From Amphiscolops sp. MND2022 (taxonomy: Eukaryota): a stretch of DNA of 64,000 nucleotides. Numbering within the stretch: position 1 is the first letter of the stretch; each line of letters begins with the position of its first letter. Shown here one piece after another: positions 45,221 through 59,500 of this stretch. Both the position numbers and the translations under genes were made by a program. Below the pieces are notes generated by a model. The model had not been told where the DNA came from. It saw only the letters and a list, made by a program, of their open reading frames with translations, and searched no databases. Location: NCBI GenBank assembly GCA_964187785.1, contig OZ076421.1, forward strand, positions 21,080,001 through 21,144,000, read 5' to 3'.

Positions 45221-47972
45221 CTGAAATTAAAAATGAAACTAAGTTACGAGAATTGTTTCAAAAATGAAGTAACTTATAACCATGTTCTAAAACTAACAAG
45301 TAAAGAGTTGATTGTATTTCTTTGTCTTCAGAATTCTATGATCGGTAGTATACACTGTTAGGTCCGAAACTTTCACCTGAAACAGAAAAAATTATGTGAA
45401 AATTTTCCCCATATGAGTTAGGGGGTTAACAAATCATCAGTGAAAGTCATCAGTTGAGGTCATCATTAATAGTCGAAAGAATAATGAAGAGAGTTTAACA
45501 GATGAAACTTTCGATAGAAGAAACAAACTTTGAGTCTATTCAATTTCACTCTGCTACAAAAACTCCGCAGCATCTCTATGAAACTACCTTTAAAAAATGC
45601 ATAAATATTATTTCTCATCACATAACGAAACAGTTTCACTGGATTTTTCGGCACTGTGGGATTTCTATTTCTCTCAAAAACAGGTGTAAGCAAAGTTGTA
45701 GGGCTCGAGGCATTTCTCTTTCTCAGCATCTTGTTTTCGAACCTCGTTTTTTCTGCTTTGAAGGGTTTGTTATGAGGTAGATTATTGATTATTTGTTGTG
45801 AAATTGTTACTTAAAAAAATGTTCTTTGTATAACGTTCAAAACATGTTTGATACATGCTCAAAACATGTTTTGCAACAATTTTGGTAAGGCCTGCTTTTG
45901 AAAAAAAATCGAAATCCCATAATGTAAAAACACAAAAGGTTTTTGGTTTTTCTATGTGCATACAAAAGATTCTAACCACAACTTTTGTCTCAGAGAAATG
46001 TACACCCGAAAAAAGCTCAAAAGGGGCCGTTTTGTTTTTTTTCTAATTGAAACGTATGAAAAAACTGTTACCAAAAAGGGACTCTCAGAATTTTTGTAGG
46101 ACTCTGACATTAGTTACTCTGAACAAAATCTGAACAAAAAAAGCTCAAAAACTATTTCATTCACTTTAGGAGCTGTTTTTAGTCGCGACATTTGATAAGA
46201 GGATGTGTTTGACTAATACGGTTACTATTCTTTTCTTTTTCCAGACCACAGAGATCACTGCTTGCTTAGCCAGCCACCTGGTATTAGGAGGGGTGCCGAC
46301 TTTGGACCCTCCCGTCTTGTTTCTATTGAAGACGCATTGAAGACGATACAAAAAGATTTGACTTTAATTGAGAAAATATTTCAACCGAGTGCTCTGTTTT
46401 CGGAAGAACTGAAACTCACCTCATGGTGCCAAATGAACAATTTGCTCTCAACAAAAGCTTTGACCTAACTAAAACATCAAAAATGTCTTGGTTGCAACCG
46501 GTAGCAGCGTGGTTGGTAGTTGAGACAGGTATTATCGGACTGAATCTGTCTCTTTAGCTGAAGGAATTGTCAAAAAACCGTTTCCTTAACAGTTAGAAGG
46601 TGTGACATACTACAGATGAGAACAAACAAAAGCCTACCAGTCTTGTTTTTTTTCGAAATTTTGTCATGTACAACGTTTATACTCCAAACGTTTATACCTC
46701 GGGTAACTCGAACTTGAGAGAACACAAACTGAGGCAAAAAAATCGTGAATTTTTTTGCTCTCTGAAATTATTTCAAAGCTAACTTTGCAGGCTATGCAGA
46801 AACATTTCTGCTGATATTTTAATCTTAAAGAGAAGTCAAAGCAGCAAGCAACGTACAATTTTAGTTGCGCAATATTTACATCGACAGTTTTTTCCAACGA
46901 ATCGTCTCAAACCAAGTTTCGGTGAAAGAAGCCGCCTTTAGAAATCTTCAGTCATGAAATATTGATTTGATTCTTGGGAAGAAACTTAATCGTTTGAGAA
47001 AAAACCTGGGCTAAGACAAATCTTGAACACGAGCCGCAGTGACAAAGCGATATTTTTTGTATACAGTTACAACTGAACATGTCCAAGTGGGAGCCTAAAG
47101 GCTAAAAAAATTTAAAAACGGATATCAAACAAACCCGAATTTATGACTTTTCACGATGAATGTTTTTCAAAAGTTGCAACGTAAGTGCACGTCGAGCAAA
47201 ATCACCCAAAAGTGTGAGCGAATTGACATTTCTAAACTGAAAACGTTATAAAAATGATGCCGCGAACATCCACAGACAAAAAACTATCGTAAAAAATCTT
47301 AGAGACCCAGAAAATTCAATGGGTCGTTTCCACAACTATCGAGAAAATTCTCATCAGTCCCAATGGACTAAAACAACCAAAGAGGTCTTTCATAAGACTT
47401 AACAGAAAACATCAGAAAACTAAAACCCGGGTGGAAAATGTTTTCCGACACAATTTTTTTTCGTAAATTGGTGGCAAACCCTGAGAGCCCTCTATGCTCG
47501 CAAAACGCTCTGTTCTTGCTAAAAATCACAAGTAGGCCTTTGATTAAAAATTTGAGGAAAGAAGTTGCATAGTGGGAAAGAACACCAAGGGGGCCCTTCA
47601 GTCGCCCCTCTATCTCCTAGCTCAAAGCAAATGGTCCAGCACGAGACTCGAACCCACGTACACGGAGAGAAACTCAATCATCACGGTAGAAATTCCGCGT
47701 TAACAGCAAGGCCAAGTGAGTAGTAGGTTCCACAAGCCCTATCTATTGACCGAAACTGTCAGGGAAAAGAAAAAACAATTCCGCGGCTGAAACTAAGATT
47801 TTTCGTTTCTTGAGCAAACGAAAAAAAAACACTGACTGAAACCAAAACGTTTTCATATCGCAAGAAATAGAATAGGTGGATAACAAAAATCCACGAGACT
47901 CTCTTCTTACAAGTTTTCTGATTTGGCTGTTTCATTTTTTTTCTCTGATTTCTTAAACGTCGCAACCCCGCA

Positions 47973-50455
47973 TGTTCATCTTCGTGTCATACGCGGTTCA
48001 TTCCGGTTTGACCTCTACCGAGTTTCGGTTTGAAGAACTTTGTATGTCTAGCCTACCATGTTTATTGAAAAACAAAACTCTCGCTACATACATAATTAGA
48101 TACATCATTACGATAAATTTGGTATCTAAAGTATAGTCGTAGAACTATATTGAAAATATCTTAACTCTCCTTTTTAACCTAGAAGATTAGTTGTTGAGAA
48201 TAGAACATGGAGCAGTCAGCCGATTTTCGAAACAAATTGGAAAGCTCCTAACAAAACAAAGCTATGACAGAAAAAAAACACAGTACCGAACCCAGAAGCA
48301 AGGGCTTCTGACGGAAACGCAATACTCATGCCAAGACAATGGTTAGAACAATTCCGGCAGCTTACTAAACGGGAATGGACCGGAGAAGCACAGCTTATCC
48401 AATAGGATTTTATTTGGGGAGTGGGACCCGAAGCACTGTACCAGATAACCCTTGCCGAGTATAAAACGGAACCGGATAGCATCAAAATAAAAGATTTGAT
48501 TCGGCTATTTACCGAGTACAATCTACCGAAACGAAACACGTACCATAATTGCGGAGATTTTTCTGGGCAAAACAAAAGGAGGAAGAAACACCCGAAGAAA
48601 TCTGGAGAAGACTTATCGCGATCGAAAAAGAATGTAATTTCAACACGATATCAACCGAAGAACTACTAATATCCAAGTACATGTCGGCAATCACCGATAA
48701 AAAACTACGGGACAAAATGATGAAAGAAAAAACGTTGGAACTGAAAAAACAATTGAACTAATAAAAAAACAGATACCAAAAGAAAAACAAGAAAAATACG
48801 ATAACGGAGGCATTGATTTCGGCAAAAGAAAGACATTCAATTAAAGAAGAACTGATACAAAGGATGGAAATGTTCGGCGCAAGACCGAAAATCAGAACCA
48901 CTGGTAAAAGACCAGACAGATTTTGCGGAGCAACGAACTGGACACCATTACACAAATGCCCAGAATTAGAAACAAATTGCTACAAATGCGGAAGAAAAGG
49001 ACACTACGCAAAGGTATGTAGACAAAAATACACTATCAGCCGAACAGTGAAAAAACTAACCGAAGAAAAAACTGATGACCGAGACGAAACATCAAGCGAA
49101 TCGGAAGAAAGTAGACACCACATCAGAGAAATAAAAAAATCGAAGAAAAGAACAAACACTACACAGCAACAGTGAAAATAATTGGAAGAAAGAAAGAATT
49201 CATAAATGATACCGGATCACCAAAACCGATAATGCCAACGGACGAAAAGATATTAGTACTAACCGGGATACAGAAAATCACAAACAGATATCGAGACGTA
49301 AATAAGAACGAAGTGAAATTCCGGGGAAAAATTCCGGTAAATGTAGATTACAAAAACAGCAAACAGAAATCGGTCATTTTGATAACCGAAAAAACAGACA
49401 TAACACCACTGCTTAAAATAAATTGGATGAAGAAATTCAAATTGACAGTCGGAAAAATACAATTGGCCGAAAACAACCAATCAGAACGCGAGAAAGTGTT
49501 TGACAAATTTGCGGACTTGTTCGAAAACAATGAAACAAAAAAAGACACAGAGATAAATATCCAATTAAAACCGGGACTCTACCCGGTTAAACAAAAAGCC
49601 AGACCGGTAACGCTCGACCTACAAGAAGACGTAGGACGACAATTGGAGGAGCTAATAAAAACCGGACAATTAGAACAGATTATTGACGTCGATGAAGATT
49701 GTTTTGTATCACCGGTACTAATAACAGTGAAAAGTGATAAATCGGTAAAGATAGCACTAGACTCACGGGAACTAAACGACAGCTGTATCAAAATGACACC
49801 ACACTAGCCGAACATGGAGGAGTTACTGAATCAGATTCCGGTAGAAAATTCCCGGGACCGGACACTACAATACAACTGTTCATATCAAAAATAGACCTAG
49901 ATTACGCATACGGACAGATGAAGCTATCAGAAGAAACAAGCCGACAATGCGCATTAGCAAAAACCGGGGAAAATTTAGCGGATATTACCGGATTAAAAAA
50001 AGGTTCTGCGGTCTTGCCGATATACCCACGCTATTTCAAGAAAAAATTGACCGAACACTCGGATACAGCTCACCAGCTTGGCTGGATGATATAATTATAG
50101 TAACCCGGGGGAGTACACGAGAACACGAGAAGAAATTATTTGATATCTTGAATAAACTGGAAAAAGCCGGATACCGAGCAAGGAAAAGAAAATCCGAATT
50201 CTTCATGAATCGGATAAAGTGGTTGGGCCACGAAATCGATGAAAACGGAGTAAAACCGAACGAAGAAAAAGTGGAAGCCATTCTAAAGCTAAATCCACCG
50301 AAAAACACAAAAGAACTAAAATAATTTCTTGGAGCAATTCAATACATGCCGAAATTCCTACCGAAACTCTCGGAAAGGACGGATAGACTCCGGAAGCTAT
50401 TGAAAAAATCGAGACGTGGGAATGGGGAACCGAACAAGAAGAAGATTTTGGATAA
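47973..50455 (+). mobile_element. Decayed, 3'-truncated Mag-like Ty3/Gypsy element (element D)
   Basis: LTR-like end ..AGAACA at 48207 followed by degenerate PBS TGGAGCAGTCAG; gag knuckles (FCGATNW..HKC, CYKCGRKGHYAKVC); protease relic INDTGSP; RT GLADIPTLFQEKIDRTL..AWLDDII. It breaks off before RNase H. The LTR start is uncertain. Confidence 0.88.
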
Positions 50456-53400
50456 TAGAACACTTCGAACTAGTCACAAAAGTGATTGCACACAATGGAT
50501 GGATTTCTTTAACCAAAAACATTGGCAGCTTACCAAAAATTTTGTAAGCTTGGAAAGAAGCGCATTTTTGTTCGAAAAATTCTTTTCATGAAAACACGTC
50601 CTTATATTTGACCAGAAATGCGCGAAACTGCTTCAACTTAAAAATTTTCAAGTGAATGGGTTTTGGTTGAGTTTCGTTCAGAAGTTAACTTGGCCATTAT
50701 GGAATTATGGAATCTAGATATTTAAAATTTTCAATGTCAACGGAATGAAATGAAACAATTTTCAGGAAACAATTTTCATACACTTGGCCACTAATATCTC
50801 TGAAATAAAAGCAAATAGCGAAAACCTGCTCCTCTCAGATGATTCTAGGACTAAATATTTTTGTAACAACTTTGGGTAAAAACAAAAATTGGACAATTTA
50901 GAAAAATCGGAATTTCGTTATATGGGGAGCGTGTTTCAAACGTTTGTGGAACTGAACTGAACTGATAGATAATGCTTTTTGTACGAGAACATTTTTTGAA
51001 AACACGGTGCAGATTCGTGATTTCTTTTATTCATGGAAATCTGAGTTGGGAAGTCTCGGCGCCGATTTGAATTCTTTGGTTCGATTGAATGTACAAAGAG
51101 AAACAGAATTAACACAAATCTATGTGAAATAATCGAATATTGTTTTTGAGTTTGAGTCCGAGGTGATGTTTTGACTTCATTTGCTGCTCTTTTATGTTCT
51201 CTTCGTTAGTGCGTGTGTCTGGGTGAGGTGACGCGCGCTGTGAAGCAGGGGTACGCGGGTTCGAATCACGCACTTCTCGAAAAACATTCGACATTGGGAG
51301 CTTCTTTTTTAAAAAAAACCAAAGCGGAACTCTTGATGTCATAGTTTTTATTAAGTAAAGAAGGTGAGAAGCTTTGAACGCTTTGAATGCTTTTTATTTC
51401 CCATTCCAAAATTGTAAAAAAATTTTTAGAACGTTTTTGGTCTCTTCGAGTGGATTGCAAAAAATGAACAACTATAATAATCTGTATATATTTCATACAG
51501 CGCCAACTTGAAATACTTGACTACCAATTAGCTCAAAATAACCCGTCAGAAAAGTGTTTCATATGAACTGTTAAAACGAAGTGCTAATTATGGATTAGTT
51601 TTCATAAATTGGTGCGTAAATTTAATTTGTTATTTTCGACGAGTTTTCCTAGATTTCAATTCCAGCAAGTGATCTCTGGAAAGTCTCAAGTTCAATTACT
51701 GCTCCATGGAAAGTCAGTACTTTTTGGTGATGAATCCCAAACCTGTTTATAATTGAATCCATTTTTAACAAAAAAGGCTATTTCAACTTGAAAAAATACT
51801 TAATCGTCTTAGAATTGACTCAAAGCTGCTGACTTCAAAAACTCAAATGGAAGGGCTTTTGCGAAACGAAAAAGTGTTTTCTGGAATTGAAAAAATTGCT
51901 TGTTCCTCTCGATTGTTTTGGCTGCTTCTTACGGCTACATAAAACCAGCAAAGTTTGGAAAAATAACTTAAAATTTGACTAACATTTTAAGGAGTGCTGA
52001 TGAACACTAGTTTTACTTCAAAATGAAAATTTTGAGTGGGAAACATTTAAATACTGGTGACTGCGTGAAATATAATATGGCACATGGTATCATTTGCTGA
52101 TTCCTCTGATTTTCGTGGCAGAAAACGGTGAAAAACTCTGGTTATCAAATCTTTCCAAGTAAAAAAATTGAGAGCTGATCTTCTGAACAGTTTGAAATCA
52201 AACTGTGAACAAAATGTACAACGGTGTGAACGAGTTGAACCTGTCAATCATTTTTGTGACAACTTGAACCTTTTCATGCTTTGATTTGTTCACGAATTTT
52301 GTGAACAAATGTTGACTAGCACTGTGTTCACAGCATATGCAAGCGCAGCAGATGGAAATTGGCAGTTTAATTTACACCGACTTCCGATGGTAATAGATGT
52401 ATTTGATGGTTAGGAATAACTACTTCCGTTAACAACGGAAAATACGGAAAAGACAGTTTATGACCAATTAACGCTGTTTCCTTTCACTATGCCGGAAATG
52501 CTTACTTCCAAAAAACTCAGATATGCTTATCAAATTCTCGTGTTTTTTTCTTGATTGTAAATTAAATAGTCAGTTGGACGGGACTCATTAATGTCACGCG
52601 ACTGTACTGAGAAATATCTGCAAACTTACAACAAAATCAGCGATTAAACCCAGTAAAAGGCGCTTATACAATCATAATCTCCATGATTTTTAGGAAATAG
52701 TAAAAATATATTTTTTGCTCTATTGGGACATTCTTCAACAATGCCAAAAATCCTAAAATGCAAAATGATAATTTAGCTAAATAATGCCGGGAAAATTATT
52801 CTCATATTTTTGTGGATGAAAAAATCTGTAAAAAAATTTGGTGTTTTCGGCACTGTGATATTGAAAATTTTTTCCAAATGATTCTTTGACGCTTTGAAGA
52901 ATTTTTACGGATTTTTAATGGGGAGCTGACACGTATGCCGTTCCCGGCTTCTTTATTTCATATCACAAAAACGTGGATCAAAAGTAACGTTTGGATCGGA
53001 TAACCTCGCAAATATAGTTTCACAAAATGGGTTGAATTAGAAGTGTTCATTTTTAGAACATAAACGTACAGAAAATCCGAACAATTTATCCAAAATCATA
53101 AACCTCATCGGAAGACAGTTTAAACGACATTATTTTCTCATCCATGCACAAAAAAACTTTCCCCATTGCCAAACATTTTAGTAGTCAAATAAGGTGATTT
53201 TTGCGTGATTTTTGTCTCCTTCCCATCCTAATGATCTGGCCTAGTAGTACGCGCTATAGCAGCTATTCAAAGCGAATTTGATGGATTTTTTAAATTTCAA
53301 ATTACAACTACCAGTTTCATTTACCTAAGTTCCGTCATAATGGCTCATACACTCGCCCTTTAACTCACTGTCAAAATTCAACTAAAGGTAAAAGAGACGT

Positions 53401-53592
53401 ATGCTGCACAGCAAAAAAAGCAATTTGCTCTTGATTTCTTGCAGTCGAGGCAAATTGTTTCCTTCCTTTTCAATTCTTTTTTAATCATGATCGCTTTTCT
53501 TTGTCGTTTTTATCTCGATTTGCTGGAAACGCAATAGCGCCTAAATAATCGTGTGAGACGTGTATTACATTGCTGCGAGAAACATATAGGAT

Positions 53593-54748
53593 AATTTTAC
53601 GTCTGCAAGGTATGATAACAAAATCACTTACCAAGCTTTACGACGGCCTGGTTGACAACTTGCGGGCACGTCTAAGAATTGTTTCTGCGAGAAAGGCACT
53701 TGCAAAATCCACTACTTTCAATAACTTCAAAATGTCCCTTCTTTTCAAGTTCTGGACAATACCTATTGTTTAAACAAGTTTCCGAGGTCGGTGAAGCAAT
53801 TACTGCATCTTTGACCACTTTTCGACTTGTTTAGAAAACATAGAATTTACTGACTTGAAGAGTTTTCTCATAAAACTCACTAAACCGTTGACTCGTCGAT
53901 GAATTTGGGGAGTAACAAATCGTAGTCGAATAACTTTGCCAAAAGATTGAAAGTCTTCTGTCTCAAAACCTTTCCAAGCGAAAAATTGCCAGAAATGCAA
54001 TAATAATATATTGTTGGAATCTCGAATCCAGTATCAAAACAAAAACAACTTCGAAATAGCTCTATAATAGCCCAAGTTAACTTGAATACTCAAACGATAA
54101 AGTTCCGAACAATTACTTTCTTGGTTGCTTGAACAAGGAATATCGACCGTTTTCAATCTCACCTTTTGGGTCTCTCTTTCAAGAAGGAGTTAACTTGGGT
54201 TGGTAACAATACAGGAAATTACATAAACTGCCATGTTTACAATCAAATATGAGGGCACCATAAAGGTTCTATAATGATACATAAAGTTAACAAACTACCC
54301 ACTTTCGAGGCGATAAAGCATATAAAGATATTGGTATATCAACATCTGAAGCATACATTTACACGATTTTGTGGTCCTTTAATATATTTGTTATTTGCCC
54401 ACCAAAGCTTCTATCAGGTTACAAATGCTCTACCGGCTTCCGCTTGGACTAGATATAACCAAATATGGCTACTTGACAGGTTAAATACACAAGCAGGACG
54501 ATAAATTACCATATTTGTACTATATTAGAAGAAAAGTCTGATTTTGCCCCAGAAAAAAATATTTTTCAAATTTTTGCCTTCGATTTCCGGTTTTTTGCCC
54601 TAGGTGGTTTAGTTGGCCAAAAATATGTCGGTTGCCGACCATCCTAGAGTGTGATTCCCAAAACTCAATCTTTTACAGTCACCAATTAGGGGCTATTTTA
54701 GGGTATTTTTCGAATAGCTGATTTCAAGTTATTTTCGAGGCGCCAACA
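53593..54748 (-). repeat. 3' LTR of element E
   Basis: 53593-54650 matches 61198-62269 with about 10 substitutions and one ~14-bp indel. The start is inferred at TGTTGGCGCC (54748), after the purine-rich AAAACGGGGCCGGCA. Confidence 0.85.
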
Positions 54749-56594
54749 ATGCCGGCCCCGTTTTCAGACTGAAAACGCTCATTGAAGACTGGCGCCAACT
54801 TTACTACAGGTCGTTTGAAGGTACCGTCATGAGTTTTGATAAGCACTGATCTCACTACACCATCTTTTGCTGGATAAATTTCTTGAATACGTGCCATCTT
54901 GTAATGAGACCTTTTCACATTGTTATCCACCAACCAAACTAAGTCGCCAACTTCAACATTGGCTTCTTGTTTACTCCATTGGTTTCTGACATGGGTTTGG
55001 GGTAGGTATTCTGCAACCCATCGTTTCCAAATCATATCGGCATAAGCCTGACACGATCGAAACATCTTGCGACGATTGGAATAAACTTCAGCATTGGGGA
55101 TAAAGGGTATACAAATATTCGCACGACCCAGAATAAAATGATTAGGCGTAAGGGCCTCCAAATCAGCAGGATCATCACTTGCTGGTGTAATAGGACGTGC
55201 ATTCAATGTTTGTTCAACCAAGCACATCGTTGTAGTCAAAGATTCATCAGTCAGAGATCGATTTCCCAGAATTGCCATCATAGCTTTCTTGCAACTTCTG
55301 ACCAACCGTTCCCAAACACCGTTTCCAAAATGAGGTGCCCCAGGAGGGTTAAATTTCCATGCAATATGCTTTTGAGCCAATTCTGATGTAATTTGATCGT
55401 GATTCCACGAGTTGATGTACTCTTTCAACTCTCTCGCGGATCCAACAAAGTTAGTACCATTGTCACTTACGATGGTTGTTGGCTTGCCACGTCTGGCGAT
55501 AAATCTGTTGATAGCTACCAAGCAGGAATCTGTGTCGAGGCTTCGAACCACTTCGATATGCACTGCTCTGGTAGTCAAACATGTAAACAAACAGCACCAT
55601 CGTTTCATGGATCTTCGTAACATTTTAACTTCGAATGGACCGAAATAATCCATTCAAACGTGGGTAAAGGGATATGACTGATAATCGAGCCTCTCGGCAG
55701 GTAAATCGGCCATGAGAGGAGATTTTATCTGCGCACGTAATTTGCGACAGTAAACACAATTGCTTTTAATGCTCCTCAAAGCATTTCGAATCCCAAAATC
55801 CAAAACTTCTGTTGTATTACGCTTCTAACATACTCCACTCCCTCATGGTTGTGTTCCAGATGTAAATCACGTAACATTACACTAACCATAGCGTGTTTTG
55901 TGGATAAAAGAATTGGATGTCGCTGTTGGAAGCTCAAATTTGCATGTTTGATGCGACCTCTTATTCGAATCATACCGCATTCATCAAAAAATGGAGAAAA
56001 TTTTGCCAAATCTCCACCTTTTCTTGTCTTACCAAACATTTGCTTCCCATCATACACTTCAGGGAAGGTTTCTCGTTGAATTAATTTCAGAATCTTATCT
56101 TCCGCTCGTTGCAGTTCACATGGAAGTAATACCTTAGATTGACTCTTGAACTTCAAACGTAAGCAAAATGCAATAACTCGCACACATTTGGAAAAACTGC
56201 TAAACCTGCTCCAATCAACTATTGGCTCCTGAGTCATGCTTGTGTTCGCAATTACTGCAACTGCAGCATGGTCATCACGGTCATCATTCACCTTTAACGT
56301 GCTTCCACTCGTCAATTGTGGAGTTTTCCAATATCTCAGCTGCTCTGTTAGCTACAAAGCATTTTGTTTTTTGTCAGCTGAGTGTAACCATTGAAGCACA
56401 GTAACTGAATCAGTCCAATGAGTAACACTGTCAATCCGTAAGTCATGTTCTTGAACAATCAAGGTTCTCAATCTGACTGAATACACTGCTGCTTGCAGCT
56501 CTAGACGAGGTATAGACAGTTGTTTGGTGGGAGCTATTCTACATTTGCCCAAAACAAAAGAGACTTCGACTCCATCATTGACTTCTGCTCGAAA
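54724..56594 (-). pseudogene. Element E RNase H C-half and integrase (disrupted)
   Basis: Stop at 56595; frameshift at about 56360; deletion after KHVKGE removing the NPAD region; frameshift at about 55790; TGA just before MDYFGPF. The integrase core 54724-55653 is open. Confidence 0.9.
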
Positions 56595-59500
56595 TTAAGC
56601 GACGATGCACATGGCTTCTAGAGACGCATCACTGAAGATGTGCAGTTGAACGTTTTTGGGGTTATCAGAGAAATAATTTCTAGGAAGTGAGGTGTCTTTA
56701 ATTGTTTGCATTTCTGTCACCCAATCTAGGAATACCTGTTTATCATCATCCGCAATTTTTTCATCCCATGATTGGCCAAAGCGAATCCAGATACTTTTCA
56801 AAAGCATTCTCATCCGCATAGTGAAAGGTGCAAAAATTCCCATGGGATCAAAAACTGAGGAAACAAAAGATAACACTACTCGTTGAGTAATGTCTTGCGG
56901 ACATTCTTTGTTAGGTCCTCTACATACTTGCAGACAATCTTTATCGATTATCCACTCCAAACCTAGAATGGCAGATGATTCTGCATTAAGCGTGAATTCG
57001 TTCGCTTCTAATCGATCTTCTACTGGGATTATTTCCAAAACTTCCGGACAGTTGCTAGCCCACTTCTTCAATGTGAATCCACTACGTTTAAGAGTCTCTA
57101 CCAACTCTTGGTAACAGGTAATAGCTGCCTGAGGACTATCAACACTTTTCACTAAATCGTCCATGTAGAAGTTTCTATCTATGGTCGATGCTGCTGAAGG
57201 AAAATCGACTTTGTTGTCTCTTCCTCCCTGTTGGAATCCGTAGTTCGCACAAGTTGGAGAACTTTTTGCCCCAAAAACGTGTCTGTTGTACTCGAAGATT
57301 CCGATGCTGTCCTCAGGACTATCACGCCATAGGAAACGAAGTACTTTACATTCCTCTTTCGGAACTGCTACTTGCAAAAACATGGACTCGATATCGGCGG
57401 TAATAGCTATTTGGTGTTCCCTAAACCTAAAAACAATTCCAACCAAATTTCGCAACAAATCAGGTCCGCTGAGAAGTTTGTCATTCAAAGAAACGCCTTT
57501 AAACTTTGAAGCTGCGTTACAAACTCTTCTGACCTTGCCTGGTTTGTGTGGGTGCTTGACCGGATGGTGAGGTAAATACCATTGCATGTCATTCTCTGTA
57601 CTCACAATTTCTTCCTGTTCCAGTTTCCGTACAAATTGGTTTTCTGAGTCCTTCTCAATGGTAGCTTTGTAAGCTTCTTTCAACTCTGGATCCTTGCTTA
57701 ATCTTCTCTCCATTGACAGAAACTGTTGGTAAGCAGAATAATAGTTGTTCGGCAAGTTAGGGTTGTCATCGGCCCAGAGGAGTCCTACTTCATAACGTTC
57801 GCCGTTATGCTTGGTAGTTTTTTCCAAGAATGCCTGGGCTCTCTTTTTTTCCTTAGAACGTCCTGAGACATCACAAACAGACGCGTATGTCTCCATGTCC
57901 CACCATTTCTTCATTTGATCCGCTAAAGGATCCAAAGACACGGAGAGGTTACACGTTGCTGCCAAACAGTTTGTTTCTGCTTTGGGTAATGCTCCACTCA
58001 CTGTCCATCCCAAAGAAGTTTTGACCGCCCAAGGCTCATTCCTATCACCTGACTTATATTCAAGAGGTCTGATCAAGTGATACGCGTCTTGACCAAGAAT
58101 GACCTTGACATCAGCCATCGAGACCTTTATATCCGGCAAATTTTTCAAATAGGAATAAATTTCTTTCAATTTTGTAAAATCGTAGACTTTGTCACCGACA
58201 TTCAAGTTTGGGTAACTGCAGAAGGCCAGTTCTTCTCCCGCAGTATCTGTTTCACTTGGACCAATTCTGGCGGTAACAATTTCAGTCTTCATGTCAGATA
58301 GCCCATGAATTCCAGCTACCGACATCACGGATTCTTTACCTTTCAGCTTCAAAAGGTTGACCAAAGTTTTGTCCATAAATGATACCGTGGATCCAGTATC
58401 ACAAAGACCTATCGTTTCAACGCTTCGTTTCTCATTTCCAATTGAAATTGGTATCAACTGTAAGAAACCACTGCTACCTGTTGAGAGCATTGAAGAACCG
58501 CCGGCCCTGTTTTGAGACAAGGGTTCCTCCGATTTCTTATCTTTTCCGGTTCTAGGAGAATCCGAATGCAACAGCTTGTTGTGTTTCTTGGTGCATCCAT
58601 TTACTCCACAAACTCTGTCCGACTTGCAGTCCTTCATCAAATGTGAATTTAGACAACAGAAACAAAGTTTATATTTCTTCAGTGTTTCGTATCTCTCATT
58701 AACACCTTGTTGTTTGAACTTCGTACACATCCAGATTTTATGGTCGCCATCCTTCAATGGACATTGCTTTGTTGATGCAGGTGTTGATTTGCTCTGCTCA
58801 TTAGCAGCAAATGTTGAGGTTTTCACTTTCTCCGTATTAGCGTAGCCTTTTTTCTTTGATTGAGACTTGAATTGCACTGTCATTTCATCGTGAACATAAG
58901 CAACTTCGTTCAGCCATTCGTTCTTCGCAAGAAAAAACCACTTGGTTTTCAATTCAGGTGGTAATTTCCTCAACGCTGAATTCAAGACGGACTCGGAATA
59001 CAAATCTCCTGTGAATCCGAATTGTTTCAACACATTAACGCATGTAGTAATCAACTGTGCGTACTTTATAATAGCCGCTGAGTCATGCGACTTGATGAAC
59101 GGACTGAAATGGATTTGCTTCATCTGGGCATTCACAATCGTTTGTGGACGTCCGAAATTAGTAACCAAAGCATTCCACGCTGCACTATACATGACTCCTG
59201 AGTATCCGAGACCCGCAATAGCCGCCTTGGCCTTGCCTTTAACAAGTGTTTTCAAATGACTCATTTTTGCATTGTCATCTATTGGCGCATTATGGACGGT
59301 AGCTGTGAACAAACTGGACCATTCTGGCCATTCCAGTGGGTCTCCATGAAATTCAGATAATTTCAATTTAGGTAAGCTTGATTGAACAAAATGTACCGGT
59401 TGTTGTACAGGTACTGCTGGTGTGAAGGAAGAAAAATCACTTTCTATTTTGAATGAGGGTTTCGCAAAGTCACATTTAGGCTTCGGTTCCTCATTGCCTT

